This document shows positions 47,699 through 56,668 of a DNA stretch of 64,000 nucleotides, piece by piece; within the stretch, counting starts at the first letter, position 1, and every line of letters begins with the position of its first letter. Made by a program: the position numbers and the translations under genes. The notes beneath the pieces are model-generated. The model worked only from the letters and a program-made list of their open reading frames with translations. It did no database searches and was not told the DNA's origin. Source of the stretch: Ktedonobacterales bacterium (lineage in GTDB: Bacteria > Chloroflexota > Ktedonobacteria > Ktedonobacterales > JADMIN01); NCBI GenBank assembly GCA_025935195.1, contig JAICVS010000003.1, forward strand, positions 124 to 64,123, read 5' to 3'.

Positions 47699-47877
47699 GG
47701 TGGCCGGCGCCTCCTTCTCTCTCTTCCACTTCTTCATCAATCCACAGCCAACTGGTTAGGAGTCGTCTGGATGGCTGTTGCCGGAATATTGCCGGAATGT
47801 CGTCGGGGCGCGCCGAAGTGTCAGGCCGAACCGACGCGCCGATGGTCACACCATGAGGTGCCGGCGCAAACTCAGCC

Positions 47878-47906
47878 AGTGTAGCAGTGCGGCGGCGTGC
47901 CGTCAA
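47878..47906 (-). promoter_or_regulatory. Sigma70-type promoter for the surface protein gene
   Basis: TTGACG-17 bp-TACACT. Confidence 0.6.
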
Positions 47907-48160
47907 GCGTCGCTCTGCCAAAATGCGCGCGGTGGGCGTGACGCCCCTTAGTCGTTGAAACGAACGAATAGCCCATCGGTATTGCGCGATGCACAGATGG
48001 CCGGAGTCTGGGCGAGAGAAGTGCGGGAGAAGCGATCGTTGCGGCGGTACTTCCGGCGTGCGCCATGTGGGGCCGCGCTTTGCGTGGCGCGCGATTCGCT
48101 CTATAGTTATGGGAACGGCCATATGCCGGATGGGAGCACGACGAACGACGAGGAACAGCT

Positions 48161-49477
48161 ATGTCTAGGGGGCAGCACGCGGATCGGCGCGACACCGGCA
48201 CGCCGCACCCACCCGGTGAGCGCGGTGGTAGTGGGCCCATGCCGGGTGGGATGCTCGGTGGCCAGCGCGAGGGCGCGGGCTACACCGGGGCGACGCCGCC
48301 CCCCACCTCCGCGCCGGAGTGGCCGCGGCCCCAGCTCATCGCGACCATCGCGGAGCTGGCGGCTGTGGCACCTATCCTCGCCGCCGCGCCCGTGCTGGCG
48401 CTGGACGCCGAGTTCTTCCAGGTGCGCGCGCGTGGTCCTGACGACCCGACGCACCGGCTCTCGCTGCTCCAGATCGCGCTGGATCAACCGCGCGTCTCGT
48501 ACGTGGTGGACGCGCTGCGCATCGCGGACCTCAGCCCACTGGCGGCGCCGCTCGCCGATGGGGGCATTCTCAAGCTGTTCCACGGCATCGGCGCGGACGC
48601 GCGTGTGCTGGCGAGCCGCGGGCTGGTCGCGCGCGACACGCTGGACCTGGAGGCGGTGAGTCGCTCGATCTTCGGCCAGCGCGAATCGGGCTTGCAGGCG
48701 ATGCTCCAGCGCGCGAGCGGCGTGCGGCTGGATAAGAGCCTGCAACGGGCGGACTGGTCGCGCCGGCCGCTGACGGCGGCGATGATCGCCTACGCGGCGC
48801 GCGACGCGGAGATGACGCTTGTGCTGTACGCCTGGCTGGCCGAGCGGTATCCCACGGCGGTCGCGCTGCATCGCAGCCCGGCCGAAGAGCCGCCCCCGGC
48901 CGTCGCCGCGTGGATTTTGCCGTATCTGGAGGGCGCGCGCCCGCGTCCGGTCGTGCTGGCCGTGGCGGAGGCGGGCCTGGGCGCCGATGTGCCGGCGCAG
49001 CAGCGGGCGCTGGGCGCGGCGCTGGGCGCTGTGTGCCACCCGCCGCAGCGCGCGCGCGTGATGCGGCTGATCACGGACCTGGAATTGGTGGGGCTGGCGC
49101 CCAATCTGCGGCCATATCTCACCTCGGCGGCGTCTGAGGAGCGCGCGGGCGCGGCGCGGGCGCTGGGCCGCTTGCACGACACGGCGGCGGCGGAGCTGAT
49201 CGCGCCGCTGCTGGCCGACCCGGTGCAGGACGTGCGCCAGGCGGCGGCGCTGGCGCTGGAGCTGCTGCATGGCGCGCCGCCAGCGCCCCGCCCGCCCTTC
49301 CGCCCGCATACCGGCAGCCTGAGCGGCCCAAGCGGGCCGGTGCGCTGGACGAGCGGCGGCACGAGTGGCGACACGCCGGACGACGACGGCGCGGGCTGGC
49401 GCTCGAAGCTGCGCGCGCGTTTCGGCGCCACATCATCGCCCCCGCTGGCAGCGGACAGTGCGAGCGAGGAAGGCTGA
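48161..49477 (+). CDS. RNase D-like DEDDy 3'-5' exonuclease fused to HEAT repeats
   Basis: LDAEF (ExoI), FHGIGAD (ExoII), DWSRRPL...YAARD (ExoIII); C-terminal ERAGAARALG...LADPVQDVRQAAALAL; start uncertain. Confidence 0.85.
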   Translation: MSRGQHADRRDTGTPHPPGERGGSGPMPGGMLGGQREGAGYTGATPPPTSAPEWPRPQLIATIAELAAVAPILAAAPVLALDAEFFQVRARGPDDPTHRLSLLQIALDQPRVSYVVDALRIADLSPLAAPLADGGILKLFHGIGADARVLASRGLVARDTLDLEAVSRSIFGQRESGLQAMLQRASGVRLDKSLQRADWSRRPLTAAMIAYAARDAEMTLVLYAWLAERYPTAVALHRSPAEEPPPAVAAWILPYLEGARPRPVVLAVAEAGLGADVPAQQRALGAALGAVCHPPQRARVMRLITDLELVGLAPNLRPYLTSAASEERAGAARALGRLHDTAAAELIAPLLADPVQDVRQAAALALELLHGAPPAPRPPFRPHTGSLSGPSGPVRWTSGGTSGDTPDDDGAGWRSKLRARFGATSSPPLAADSASEEG

Positions 49478-49555
49478 CGCATCGCGGCGGGCCTGATGTG
49501 CGCCGGGCACCGGCGCGAGCGGCAGGGACAGCGCCGCGATCTCCTCGGCATCCCC

Positions 49556-49584
49556 TTGACACGCCGCCGTTGTGACGGTACTAT
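49556..49584 (+). promoter_or_regulatory. Sigma70-type promoter
   Basis: TTGACA-17 bp-TACTAT, followed by an imperfect palindrome ATACCGACTGGGTAGTAT. Confidence 0.6.
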
Positions 49585-49687
49585 TTGTATACCGACTGGG
49601 TAGTATGGAAAAGAGCGTGGGATGAGGCGTCCGGCTTCGCGCCGGACGCATGCGGCGGACGAGCGGCATACGAGAGGAGCGGCGACG

Positions 49688-50398
49688 ATGGCGGTATTGG
49701 CGACGGAACAACATGAGTTCGCGGTGACGGGTGCGCCGCGTATCCACCTGCGCAACACCGCGGGCAACGTGACAATTCGAGCGGGCGCGGCGGGGCAGGT
49801 AGCGGTGACGGTGACGAAGCGGGCGCGTAACGGCATCTTCGGCACGACGGATGCCGGCGACCTGGAGAAGCTGCATGTGGACGCGCGGCAGGAGGGCGAT
49901 ACGATCTCGATCATCACCGAGCCGCACGACTTCAGCTTCTGGCGCAAGTCGTACACGGTGGATGTGGAGGTGGTCACGCCGGTGGCGACCGACCTGGATC
50001 TGCACGTCAACGCCGGCAATGTGCGCGTCGAGGGCATCGCGGGCGTCTTCCACGCCAAGCTGAACGCGGGCAACCTCGATACGGCCGGCGTCACCTTCGG
50101 CGAGCGATCCGATCTCTCGCTCAACGCCGGCAACCTGACCTTGGAGGGCGCGCTGGCGGCTGGCGCATCGCTGAGCGCCGCGGTGAACGCGGGCAACGCG
50201 CGGCTGCGGCTGCCGCGCGCCACCGCCGTCTTCCTGGATGCGCGCACCCACGCCGGCAATGTGGATGTCTCCGGCTGGCCGGTGAACTCGCGGCGCACCT
50301 TCGCCAGCGCATCCGCCAGTGGGGCGCTGGGTGAGGGCGCGAGCGGCACGCTGGCGGTGAAGGTGGACGCCGGCAACGTCGTGATCACGGCCGTGTAG
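49688..50398 (+). CDS. DUF4097-like beta-strand repeat protein
   Basis: Repeated (N/T/H/D)AGN(V/L/A) units; GAGGAG RBS. Confidence 0.8.
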   Translation: MAVLATEQHEFAVTGAPRIHLRNTAGNVTIRAGAAGQVAVTVTKRARNGIFGTTDAGDLEKLHVDARQEGDTISIITEPHDFSFWRKSYTVDVEVVTPVATDLDLHVNAGNVRVEGIAGVFHAKLNAGNLDTAGVTFGERSDLSLNAGNLTLEGALAAGASLSAAVNAGNARLRLPRATAVFLDARTHAGNVDVSGWPVNSRRTFASASASGALGEGASGTLAVKVDAGNVVITAV

Positions 50399-50404
50399 GG
50401 CGAG

Positions 50405-50450
50405 GAGTCCTCACCCCCTAGCCCCCTCGCCTCCGCGGAGGCGAGGGGGG
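50405..50450 (+). repeat. Dispersed repeat family B
   Basis: GAGTCCTCACCCCCTAGCCCCCTCGCCTCCGCGGAGGCGAGGGGGG. Confidence 0.75.
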
Positions 50451-50579
50451 AACTCGTCTCTCCGCCGCGCTCTTGGCTCGCCCGCGCGCCGGGTGGTAGG
50501 CTCTCTGATAAGAAGTGGCATCGCCACGGAATGGAGATGCTGGACGCAACGGAGCGCGAGCGCGGGGAGGCAAGGCGAG

Positions 50580-51452
50580 ATGGCGGATCACACGACGAGC
50601 TTTGGCATCAAGACGGCGCCACAGTTCACGGCGTACGACGACATGCTGCGCGACTGGCAAGAGGCGGACGGCGAGCCGCTGTTGGAGCACGCCTGGGACT
50701 TCGACCAGGTCATGCCGCTCGGCTCCGACCCGACCGGCCCCTGCCTGGAAGGCTGGACACTGCTGGCCGCGCTCGCCGCCCAGACGCGGCGCATCCGTGT
50801 CGGCGTGATGGTGACGGGCAACACCTACCGCCATCCCGCCGTGCTCGCCAACATGGGCGCGACGGTGGATATCATCTCGAACGGCCGGCTCGATTTTGGC
50901 ATCGGCGCCGGCTGGAACGAGCTGGAGCATAGCGCGTATGGCATCCCGCTCTATCCGGCTGGTGAGCGCATCCGCCGGCTGGGCGAGGCGTGCGCGGTCA
51001 TCCGGCGCATGTGGACGGAGGAGGCGCCCGACTTCGAGGGCCGCTACTACCAGCTCAAAGGCGCGCGCTGCGAGCCCAAGCCCATCCAAAAGCCCTATCC
51101 GCCGTTCGTGATCGGTGGCGGCGGGGAGCAACTGACGCTCCGTGTCGTCGCCGAGTACGCGGACATCTGGAACTTCGCGGGCGGGCCGGTGGAGACCTTC
51201 ACGCACAAGAGCGCGGTGCTAGACGAGCATTGCCGCGCCATCGGCCGCGACCCGGCCAGCATCACGCGCTCGGTGCAGGTGACGGTGACGCCGGCGGACC
51301 TGGTCGGCGTGCGTGAGTCGGCGCGGGCCTACATCGCGGCTGGCGCGCGGCACGTCATCCTCAACCTGCGCGCGCCGTACCCAGAGGGCATCTGTCACCG
51401 GCTGGTAGGCGAGGTCGTCGAGCCGCTACGGCAAGCGCACGCGGCGGGGTAA
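50580..51452 (+). CDS. LLM-class (probably F420-dependent) oxidoreductase
   Basis: EGWTLLAALA, VTGNTYRHPAVLANMGATVD, GRLDFGIGAGWNE.EH, PKPIQ, IGGGGE. Confidence 0.9.
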   Translation: MADHTTSFGIKTAPQFTAYDDMLRDWQEADGEPLLEHAWDFDQVMPLGSDPTGPCLEGWTLLAALAAQTRRIRVGVMVTGNTYRHPAVLANMGATVDIISNGRLDFGIGAGWNELEHSAYGIPLYPAGERIRRLGEACAVIRRMWTEEAPDFEGRYYQLKGARCEPKPIQKPYPPFVIGGGGEQLTLRVVAEYADIWNFAGGPVETFTHKSAVLDEHCRAIGRDPASITRSVQVTVTPADLVGVRESARAYIAAGARHVILNLRAPYPEGICHRLVGEVVEPLRQAHAAG

Positions 51453-51487
51453 CGCCGAGCGCGACCGCCACGGCGATGATCGCCATC

Positions 51488-52249
51488 TCAGACCTGTTCG
51501 GTCGGGCGGATCAAGACCTCGTTGATGGCGACGCGGCGTGGGCGTGTCACGATGTACTGGATGGCGTCGGCGATGTCCTCCGCTTGCAGGGACTCAACGC
51601 CAGCCAGGAACCGCAAGCTTTGCTCGCGCACCTCCTCCCGTACGTGGCTTCCCAACTCGGTCGCGACGAATCCCGGCTCGATCACCGCGACGCGCACATG
51701 TCGTTTCGTCACCTCCTGGCGGAGCGACTCGCTGAAGGCGACCACGCCGAACTTGGTCACGTCGTACACACCCGCGCCGCTGCGCGCGACTCTGCCGGCG
51801 ACAGAGCTGACGTTGACCAGATCGGCGACCCGGCGTGGCGCGTCCTCTGCCGCCCGCAAGAGGTGTGGCAGGGCGGCGTGCGCCGTGTAGAGCAGGCCCA
51901 GCACGTTCAGGCGCACCATCCGCTCCCACTCATCGAGCGGGGCGTTTTCAATGGGGCCGAGCAGCATCACGCCGGCGTTGTTCACCAGAATGTCGAGTCG
52001 TCCCAGCTCGGCCACCGTGCGCGCGACGGCGGCCTGCGCCTGGGTCTTGTCGGTCACGTCAGTTTCCATGACGAGCGCGCGGCCGCCCCGCCCCGTCATC
52101 TCCCCAGCCAGTTGATCGAGGCGTTCCTTGCGCCGCGCCGCCAGCGCGACTGCCGCGCCGTGGTGGGCCAGCGCTCGCGCCGTCGCCGCGCCGATGCCGC
52201 TGCTGGCGCCGGTGATAAGCGCCACCGTGCCATCAAGTTGTCCTGCCAT
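51488..52249 (-). CDS. SDR family oxidoreductase
   Basis: TGASSGIG, NNAG, SSVAG, YDVTK (YxxxK), EPG. Confidence 0.95.
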   Translation of the reverse strand: MAGQLDGTVALITGASSGIGAATARALAHHGAAVALAARRKERLDQLAGEMTGRGGRALVMETDVTDKTQAQAAVARTVAELGRLDILVNNAGVMLLGPIENAPLDEWERMVRLNVLGLLYTAHAALPHLLRAAEDAPRRVADLVNVSSVAGRVARSGAGVYDVTKFGVVAFSESLRQEVTKRHVRVAVIEPGFVATELGSHVREEVREQSLRFLAGVESLQAEDIADAIQYIVTRPRRVAINEVLIRPTEQV

Positions 52250-52584
52250 CTATCCGCTCCCCTCTCCTATCCGCTCCTGGTGCGATGTCTTGATAATTGC
52301 TAGGTGCGGGCAGTGCCTCACGGTCCGCGCGTCCGCTCTCGGCCAGCACGTCCCGTGCCGTGGGACCGAGCCTGTGGCGCGTGCGCGAGAGCGCGTCAAT
52401 GCGCTGAACGCGGGGAAGGGGAAGGGAGCCGGGCGATTCGGGCACAGCAGGTGGATGCGCTCGACGTGCGCGGGGGCGCGTTCGACGACCCACGAACTGG
52501 CGGTGCTATGATCCCGGCGTGCTGTGAGCGCGAGCGGTGCGCGTGCTCCGCCGCGGGACGGCACAGTGGAAGGAGGGCAGCCGC

Positions 52585-52992
52585 GTGGCTTCGGTTCAGG
52601 TTCGCTACATCGTGCATGATGTGGATGCCGCCATCGCGTTTTACCGCGAGCAGCTCGGCTTTCAGGAGGTGATGCATCCCGCTCCGGCGTTTGCTATGCT
52701 CTCCCGCGGCGACCTGCGCCTCGTGCTCAGCGCGCCAAACGCAGCGGGCGGCGGCGGTCAGGCGATGCCCGACGGGACCATACCCGAGCCGGGCGGCTGG
52801 AACCGCTTCGCGATTGAAGTCGCCGACCTCGGCGCCGCCGTCGAACGCCTGCGCCAGGCGGGGGCCCGCTTCCGCAGCGGCATCATTACCGGAGTGGGCG
52901 GCAAACAGGCTATCCTCGAAGATCCGTCGGGCAATCCCATCGAATTGTTCGAGCCGCTCGTGCCCGAGGCGCGCCTTGGACCGAACACGTAG
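52585..52992 (+). CDS. VOC/glyoxalase family protein
   Basis: VRYIVHDVDAAIAFY, PGGWNRF, EDPSGNPIELFE; AAGGAGG RBS before a GTG start. Confidence 0.9.
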   Translation: MASVQVRYIVHDVDAAIAFYREQLGFQEVMHPAPAFAMLSRGDLRLVLSAPNAAGGGGQAMPDGTIPEPGGWNRFAIEVADLGAAVERLRQAGARFRSGIITGVGGKQAILEDPSGNPIELFEPLVPEARLGPNT

Positions 52993-53030
52993 CCTGGGGG
53001 CGGCGCGAGCGCCGGGAAGGGAGCGAGATC

Positions 53031-54074
53031 ATGCACGAAGCGATGAGCGAGACGACCATTTCGCCCACGCGGGCGAGAGAGCGTGTCACCGTCGAGATGC
53101 CCGCATTCACGAGCGCGGCGCTGGCGGATAACCCGCTGGGCGATCCGGCGACGCGCAGGCTGCCCATCGTACTGCCGCCGGGCTACGCGGAGTCCGGCCG
53201 GCGCTATCCCGTCATCGTCGGACTGACGGGCTTCACCGGCCGGGGCGTGATGCTGCTCAACGACGACGCCTGGCAGCCGAACCTGACAGAGCGGTTGGAG
53301 CGACTCTACGCGGCCGGCATGCCGCATGCCATCTTCGTGCTGCCGGACTGCTTCACGCGCTACGGCGGCAGCCAGTATCTCAATTCCAGCGCGACGGGCC
53401 GCTACGAGGAGTACGTGATCGCGGAGATCGTGCCGTGGGTGGATGCGCACTATCGCACGATTGCGGCGGCGGAAGGGCGCGGCGTCTTCGGCAAGTCCAG
53501 CGGCGGCTACGGCTCGATGATCCTGGGCATGCGCCACCCGGATGTCTTCGGCGCGCTGGCCTGCCACAGCGGCGACATGGCGTTCGAGTTATGCTACGCC
53601 AAGGACTTCCCACTGTTCTGCAACGCGGTGAACGCGGCGGGCGGTGTCGCGGCATGGTGGGAACAGTTCGCGGCGCGGGTGAAGAAGCGCGGGGAGGATA
53701 TGGCCGCGCTCAACATCCTGGCGATGGCGGCGTGCTACTCGCCCGACCCCGCCGCGCCGCTCGGCATCGGCCTGCCGTTCGACCCGCACACCTGCGAGCG
53801 TATCGCGGAGGTGTGGGCGCGCTGGCTGGAATGGGACCCCGTCGAGCTGCTGGACCGCTACGGCGAGAACCTGCGCCGGCTGCGGCTGCTCTACATGGAT
53901 TGCGGCACGCGCGACGAGTTCAGCCTACACTACGGCGCGCGTCAGATGGCAAAGCGGTTGGGCGAGCGCGGCATCGCGCACGAGTACGAGGAGTTCGACG
54001 ACGGCCACATGAGCGTCCAGTATCGCTACGATGTCTCGCTGCCCAGGCTGGCCGCCGCGCTGGCGCACGAGTAA
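53031..54074 (+). CDS. Alpha/beta hydrolase, putative esterase
   Basis: LPPGY, RYPV, GGSQYLNS, nucleophile GKSSGGYG, DCG..DE, FDDGH. Confidence 0.88.
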   Translation: MHEAMSETTISPTRARERVTVEMPAFTSAALADNPLGDPATRRLPIVLPPGYAESGRRYPVIVGLTGFTGRGVMLLNDDAWQPNLTERLERLYAAGMPHAIFVLPDCFTRYGGSQYLNSSATGRYEEYVIAEIVPWVDAHYRTIAAAEGRGVFGKSSGGYGSMILGMRHPDVFGALACHSGDMAFELCYAKDFPLFCNAVNAAGGVAAWWEQFAARVKKRGEDMAALNILAMAACYSPDPAAPLGIGLPFDPHTCERIAEVWARWLEWDPVELLDRYGENLRRLRLLYMDCGTRDEFSLHYGARQMAKRLGERGIAHEYEEFDDGHMSVQYRYDVSLPRLAAALAHE

Positions 54075-54086
54075 CATGAGTAACGG

Positions 54087-54170
54087 CTCCCCGGCATGAA
54101 TGCTGGGGGTAATCCCGTTGCCCTATGCTCCAGTTGCTCCACGGGATTCGCTGTGGCATTCATGCCGGAG
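54087..54170. repeat. Inverted doublet of REP-like family A (REPIN-like)
   Basis: CTCCCCGGCATGAATGCTGGGGGTAATCCCGT ... ACGGGATTCGCTGTGGCATTCATGCCGGAG between convergent genes. Confidence 0.75.
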
Positions 54171-54196
54171 AACAACAACACCTTCCCGAAGTGGGC

Positions 54197-54721
54197 TTAC
54201 ACGATCCAGTCTTTGCGGAGCGTGAAGGCGCGCAGGGCGTCCTCCTGGATCGGCGCGCAGATGGCGCCGGGACAGACGACGCGCACGCGGGCGACAGCCT
54301 CCTCGGCGCTCGCGCCGGCGCGGATGAGATAGGCGGCGAGGATGGTGCCGGTGCGGCCCTGGCCCATCAAGCAGTGGACGGCGACGGCGTGGCTGGCGGC
54401 GCGCATGCGGTCAATGAAGGCGAGCGCCTCCTCGAACTGGCGCGGCGTGGGGGCGCTCATGTCCATCACGGGGATATGCAGGCTTTCCAGGCCGTTGCGG
54501 GCGAGCGCGTCCACCGGCAGTGGCTCCTCGGTGAGGGTGAGCAGCGCGCCGATGCCCTGCTCGCGCAGCCAGGCGAGGTCGTCGTCCAGGCGCGCGGCGC
54601 TGGCTCCATTCCCATTCCCGCCTCCGCCGCTCCAGGCAGCGTTTGGCCCGTGCCCGCCGAAGCCGCCGGGGCAGGGACACCCCGCCAGCTCACCCTCGAT
54701 CAGCCAGTAGAAGCCGCGCAT
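54197..54721 (-). CDS. Dual-specificity protein phosphatase family protein
   Basis: HCLMGQGRTG (CX5R P-loop), HIPVMD, PGAI...Q. Confidence 0.9.
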   Translation of the reverse strand: MRGFYWLIEGELAGCPCPGGFGGHGPNAAWSGGGGNGNGASAARLDDDLAWLREQGIGALLTLTEEPLPVDALARNGLESLHIPVMDMSAPTPRQFEEALAFIDRMRAASHAVAVHCLMGQGRTGTILAAYLIRAGASAEEAVARVRVVCPGAICAPIQEDALRAFTLRKDWIV

Positions 54722-54766
54722 GCGTCCATCGCCTTTCGCAAATCGTATCGTGAAGTGGTGCTGTGG

Positions 54767-55366
54767 TCAGGCTTCCCGCTCCCGCCGCTCCCAGTCGGCT
54801 TTGTTCAGCGCGTACTCGACATCATCGCCGTCCCATATATCCTGAGATGTGGCGTGGAAGGTGCCGGCGGCCGCGAGGTCGGCGGGGGTGAGGCGAAATG
54901 TGCGCGCCAGCGTCAGGCCGGCCTTCTCCATCACGCGGCGCGAGGCGCGGTTGTCCTGATAGGTGGTGGCGATCACACGCTCGGCGCCCAGCGCGGTGAA
55001 GCCCTTGCGGATGAGCGCACGCGCGCCTTCGGTGGCGTAGCCCTTGCCCCAGGCTGCGCGGCGCAGCCGGTAGCCCAGTGCGATCTCGCCGGGGTTGCCG
55101 TCGTCATGGGGATGGAAGCTGAACCATCCCAGGAAGTCGCCGCTGGCCTTCTCGATGGCTGCCCAGACGCCGTAGCCGTCGTAGCGCTCGTAGGAGCTGA
55201 GGCAGCGCGGCAGAATCTCGTGCGCGATCACGTCGCGGGGCGTCGGCGTGCCGCCGCTGAGGTAGCGCATCACGGCGGGATCGCTGTCCAGCGCGAACAG
55301 GTTGTCCACATCAGCTTGGGTGAGCTGGCGCAGCGTCAGGCGCTCGGTTTCCAGATAGACGTACAT
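54767..55366 (-). CDS. GNAT N-acetyltransferase (RimJ/RimL-like)
   Basis: ETERLTLR, LGYRL...WGKGYATEG, NRASRRVMEKAG. Confidence 0.92.
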   Translation of the reverse strand: MYVYLETERLTLRQLTQADVDNLFALDSDPAVMRYLSGGTPTPRDVIAHEILPRCLSSYERYDGYGVWAAIEKASGDFLGWFSFHPHDDGNPGEIALGYRLRRAAWGKGYATEGARALIRKGFTALGAERVIATTYQDNRASRRVMEKAGLTLARTFRLTPADLAAAGTFHATSQDIWDGDDVEYALNKADWERREREA

Positions 55367-55500
55367 CGCGTCCTCCTCTCGTCAGTGATACGATACGTTG
55401 GCCATCGGGCGCATCCCGCGTTCCGGCAGGGAGCGCCTGCCGATTCGGCTAGGAGAGATGGGATCGAGAGGGGATGGAGACGAGAGCGCAAGGCGCGGCT

Positions 55501-56481
55501 ATGGAGGCAGCGGCTATGGTGGATCTGTACCCGGAGATCGAGCCGTACGCGCATGGCATGCTGGACGTGGGCGACGGCAATCGCGTCTATTGGGAGACCT
55601 GTGGCAATCCGCACGGCAAGCCAGCCGTCGTCGTGCATGGCGGCCCCGGTTCCGGCTGCATTCCGTGGCATCGCCGCCTCTTCGATCCCGCCGCTTACCG
55701 CCTCGTGCTCTTCGATCAGCGCAACTGCGGGCGCAGCCGGCCGCACGCCAGCGCGCCGGAGATAGATCTCGCGCGCAACACCACCGCCTATCTGATCGTG
55801 GACATGGAGCGGCTGCGGAGTCACCTGGGTATCGAACGCTGGCTGGTGTTCGGCGGCTCCTGGGGCAGCACACTCGCGCTCGCCTACGCCGAAAGCCATC
55901 TGGAGCGGGTCACGGAGTTGGTTTTGTTCGGCGTCACCACCGGACGGCACACGGAGTTCGACTGGACCTTCCGTGGCGGGCTGGCGCGCTTCTTCCCAGA
56001 GCAATGGGACCGCCTGCGCGCGTCGCTGCCGCCCGCGGAGCGCGACGGCGATGTCGTCGTGGCCTACTCCCGGCTGCTGAACGACGCCGATCCCGCGGTC
56101 CGCCAGCGCGCCGCCGAGGCGTGGTGCCTGTGGGAGTCCGCGACGCCGGGCTGGCCGCCGTCGGATAGCCTTTCCCCGCGCTTCACCGATCCCGCCTACG
56201 CGCTGGCGTTCGCGCGCATCGTCACTCACTACGTGCGCCACAACGCCTGGCTGGAAGATGGCGTGCTGCTGCGCGGCGCGGGCGCGCTGGCCGAGATTCC
56301 CGGCGCGCTCATCAACGGCCGCTTCGACTTTCAAGCGCCTCTTGCCAACGCCTGGGAGCTGCGGCGTGTCTGGCCGCGTGCCGAGCTGGTGATCGTGGAT
56401 GACGCCGGCCACATCCCCACCGTTCCCGGCGTCACCCAGGCGATCATCCGCGCGACCGACCGCTTCGCCGTGAGTCAGTGA
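55501..56481 (+). CDS. pip: Prolyl aminopeptidase
   Basis: LYPEIEPY, HGGPGSG, FDQRNCGRS, FGGSWGSTL, GRFD, AGH. Confidence 0.93.
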   Translation: MEAAAMVDLYPEIEPYAHGMLDVGDGNRVYWETCGNPHGKPAVVVHGGPGSGCIPWHRRLFDPAAYRLVLFDQRNCGRSRPHASAPEIDLARNTTAYLIVDMERLRSHLGIERWLVFGGSWGSTLALAYAESHLERVTELVLFGVTTGRHTEFDWTFRGGLARFFPEQWDRLRASLPPAERDGDVVVAYSRLLNDADPAVRQRAAEAWCLWESATPGWPPSDSLSPRFTDPAYALAFARIVTHYVRHNAWLEDGVLLRGAGALAEIPGALINGRFDFQAPLANAWELRRVWPRAELVIVDDAGHIPTVPGVTQAIIRATDRFAVSQ

Positions 56482-56584
56482 TAACAACTCCCGCGATGTT
56501 GTAGATACATGTAGATGGTGCCAAGGCTGATGTCATGCGGATTGGCGCCATGGGAAACTACAACAACAGCCACAGAGTTGTTAT
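56481..56584. repeat. ~104-bp nested inverted repeat (long hairpin)
   Basis: ATAACAACTC/GAGTTGTTAT, TGTTGTAG/CTACAACA and ATGGTGCCAA/TTGGCGCCAT nested pairs. Confidence 0.7.
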
Positions 56585-56605
56585 GAGATAGCGCCGGAGG
56601 CATGC

Positions 56606-56634
56606 CTCGCGGCCTGAAGGCCACGGCTAATCCC
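56606..56634. repeat. REP-like family A variant
   Basis: CTCGCGGCCTGAAGGCCACGGCTAATCCC (TGAA loop, TAATCC tail). Confidence 0.6.
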
Positions 56635-56668
56635 CGCGTGTATGAGATGCCTGGGCAACAGGACCGAA

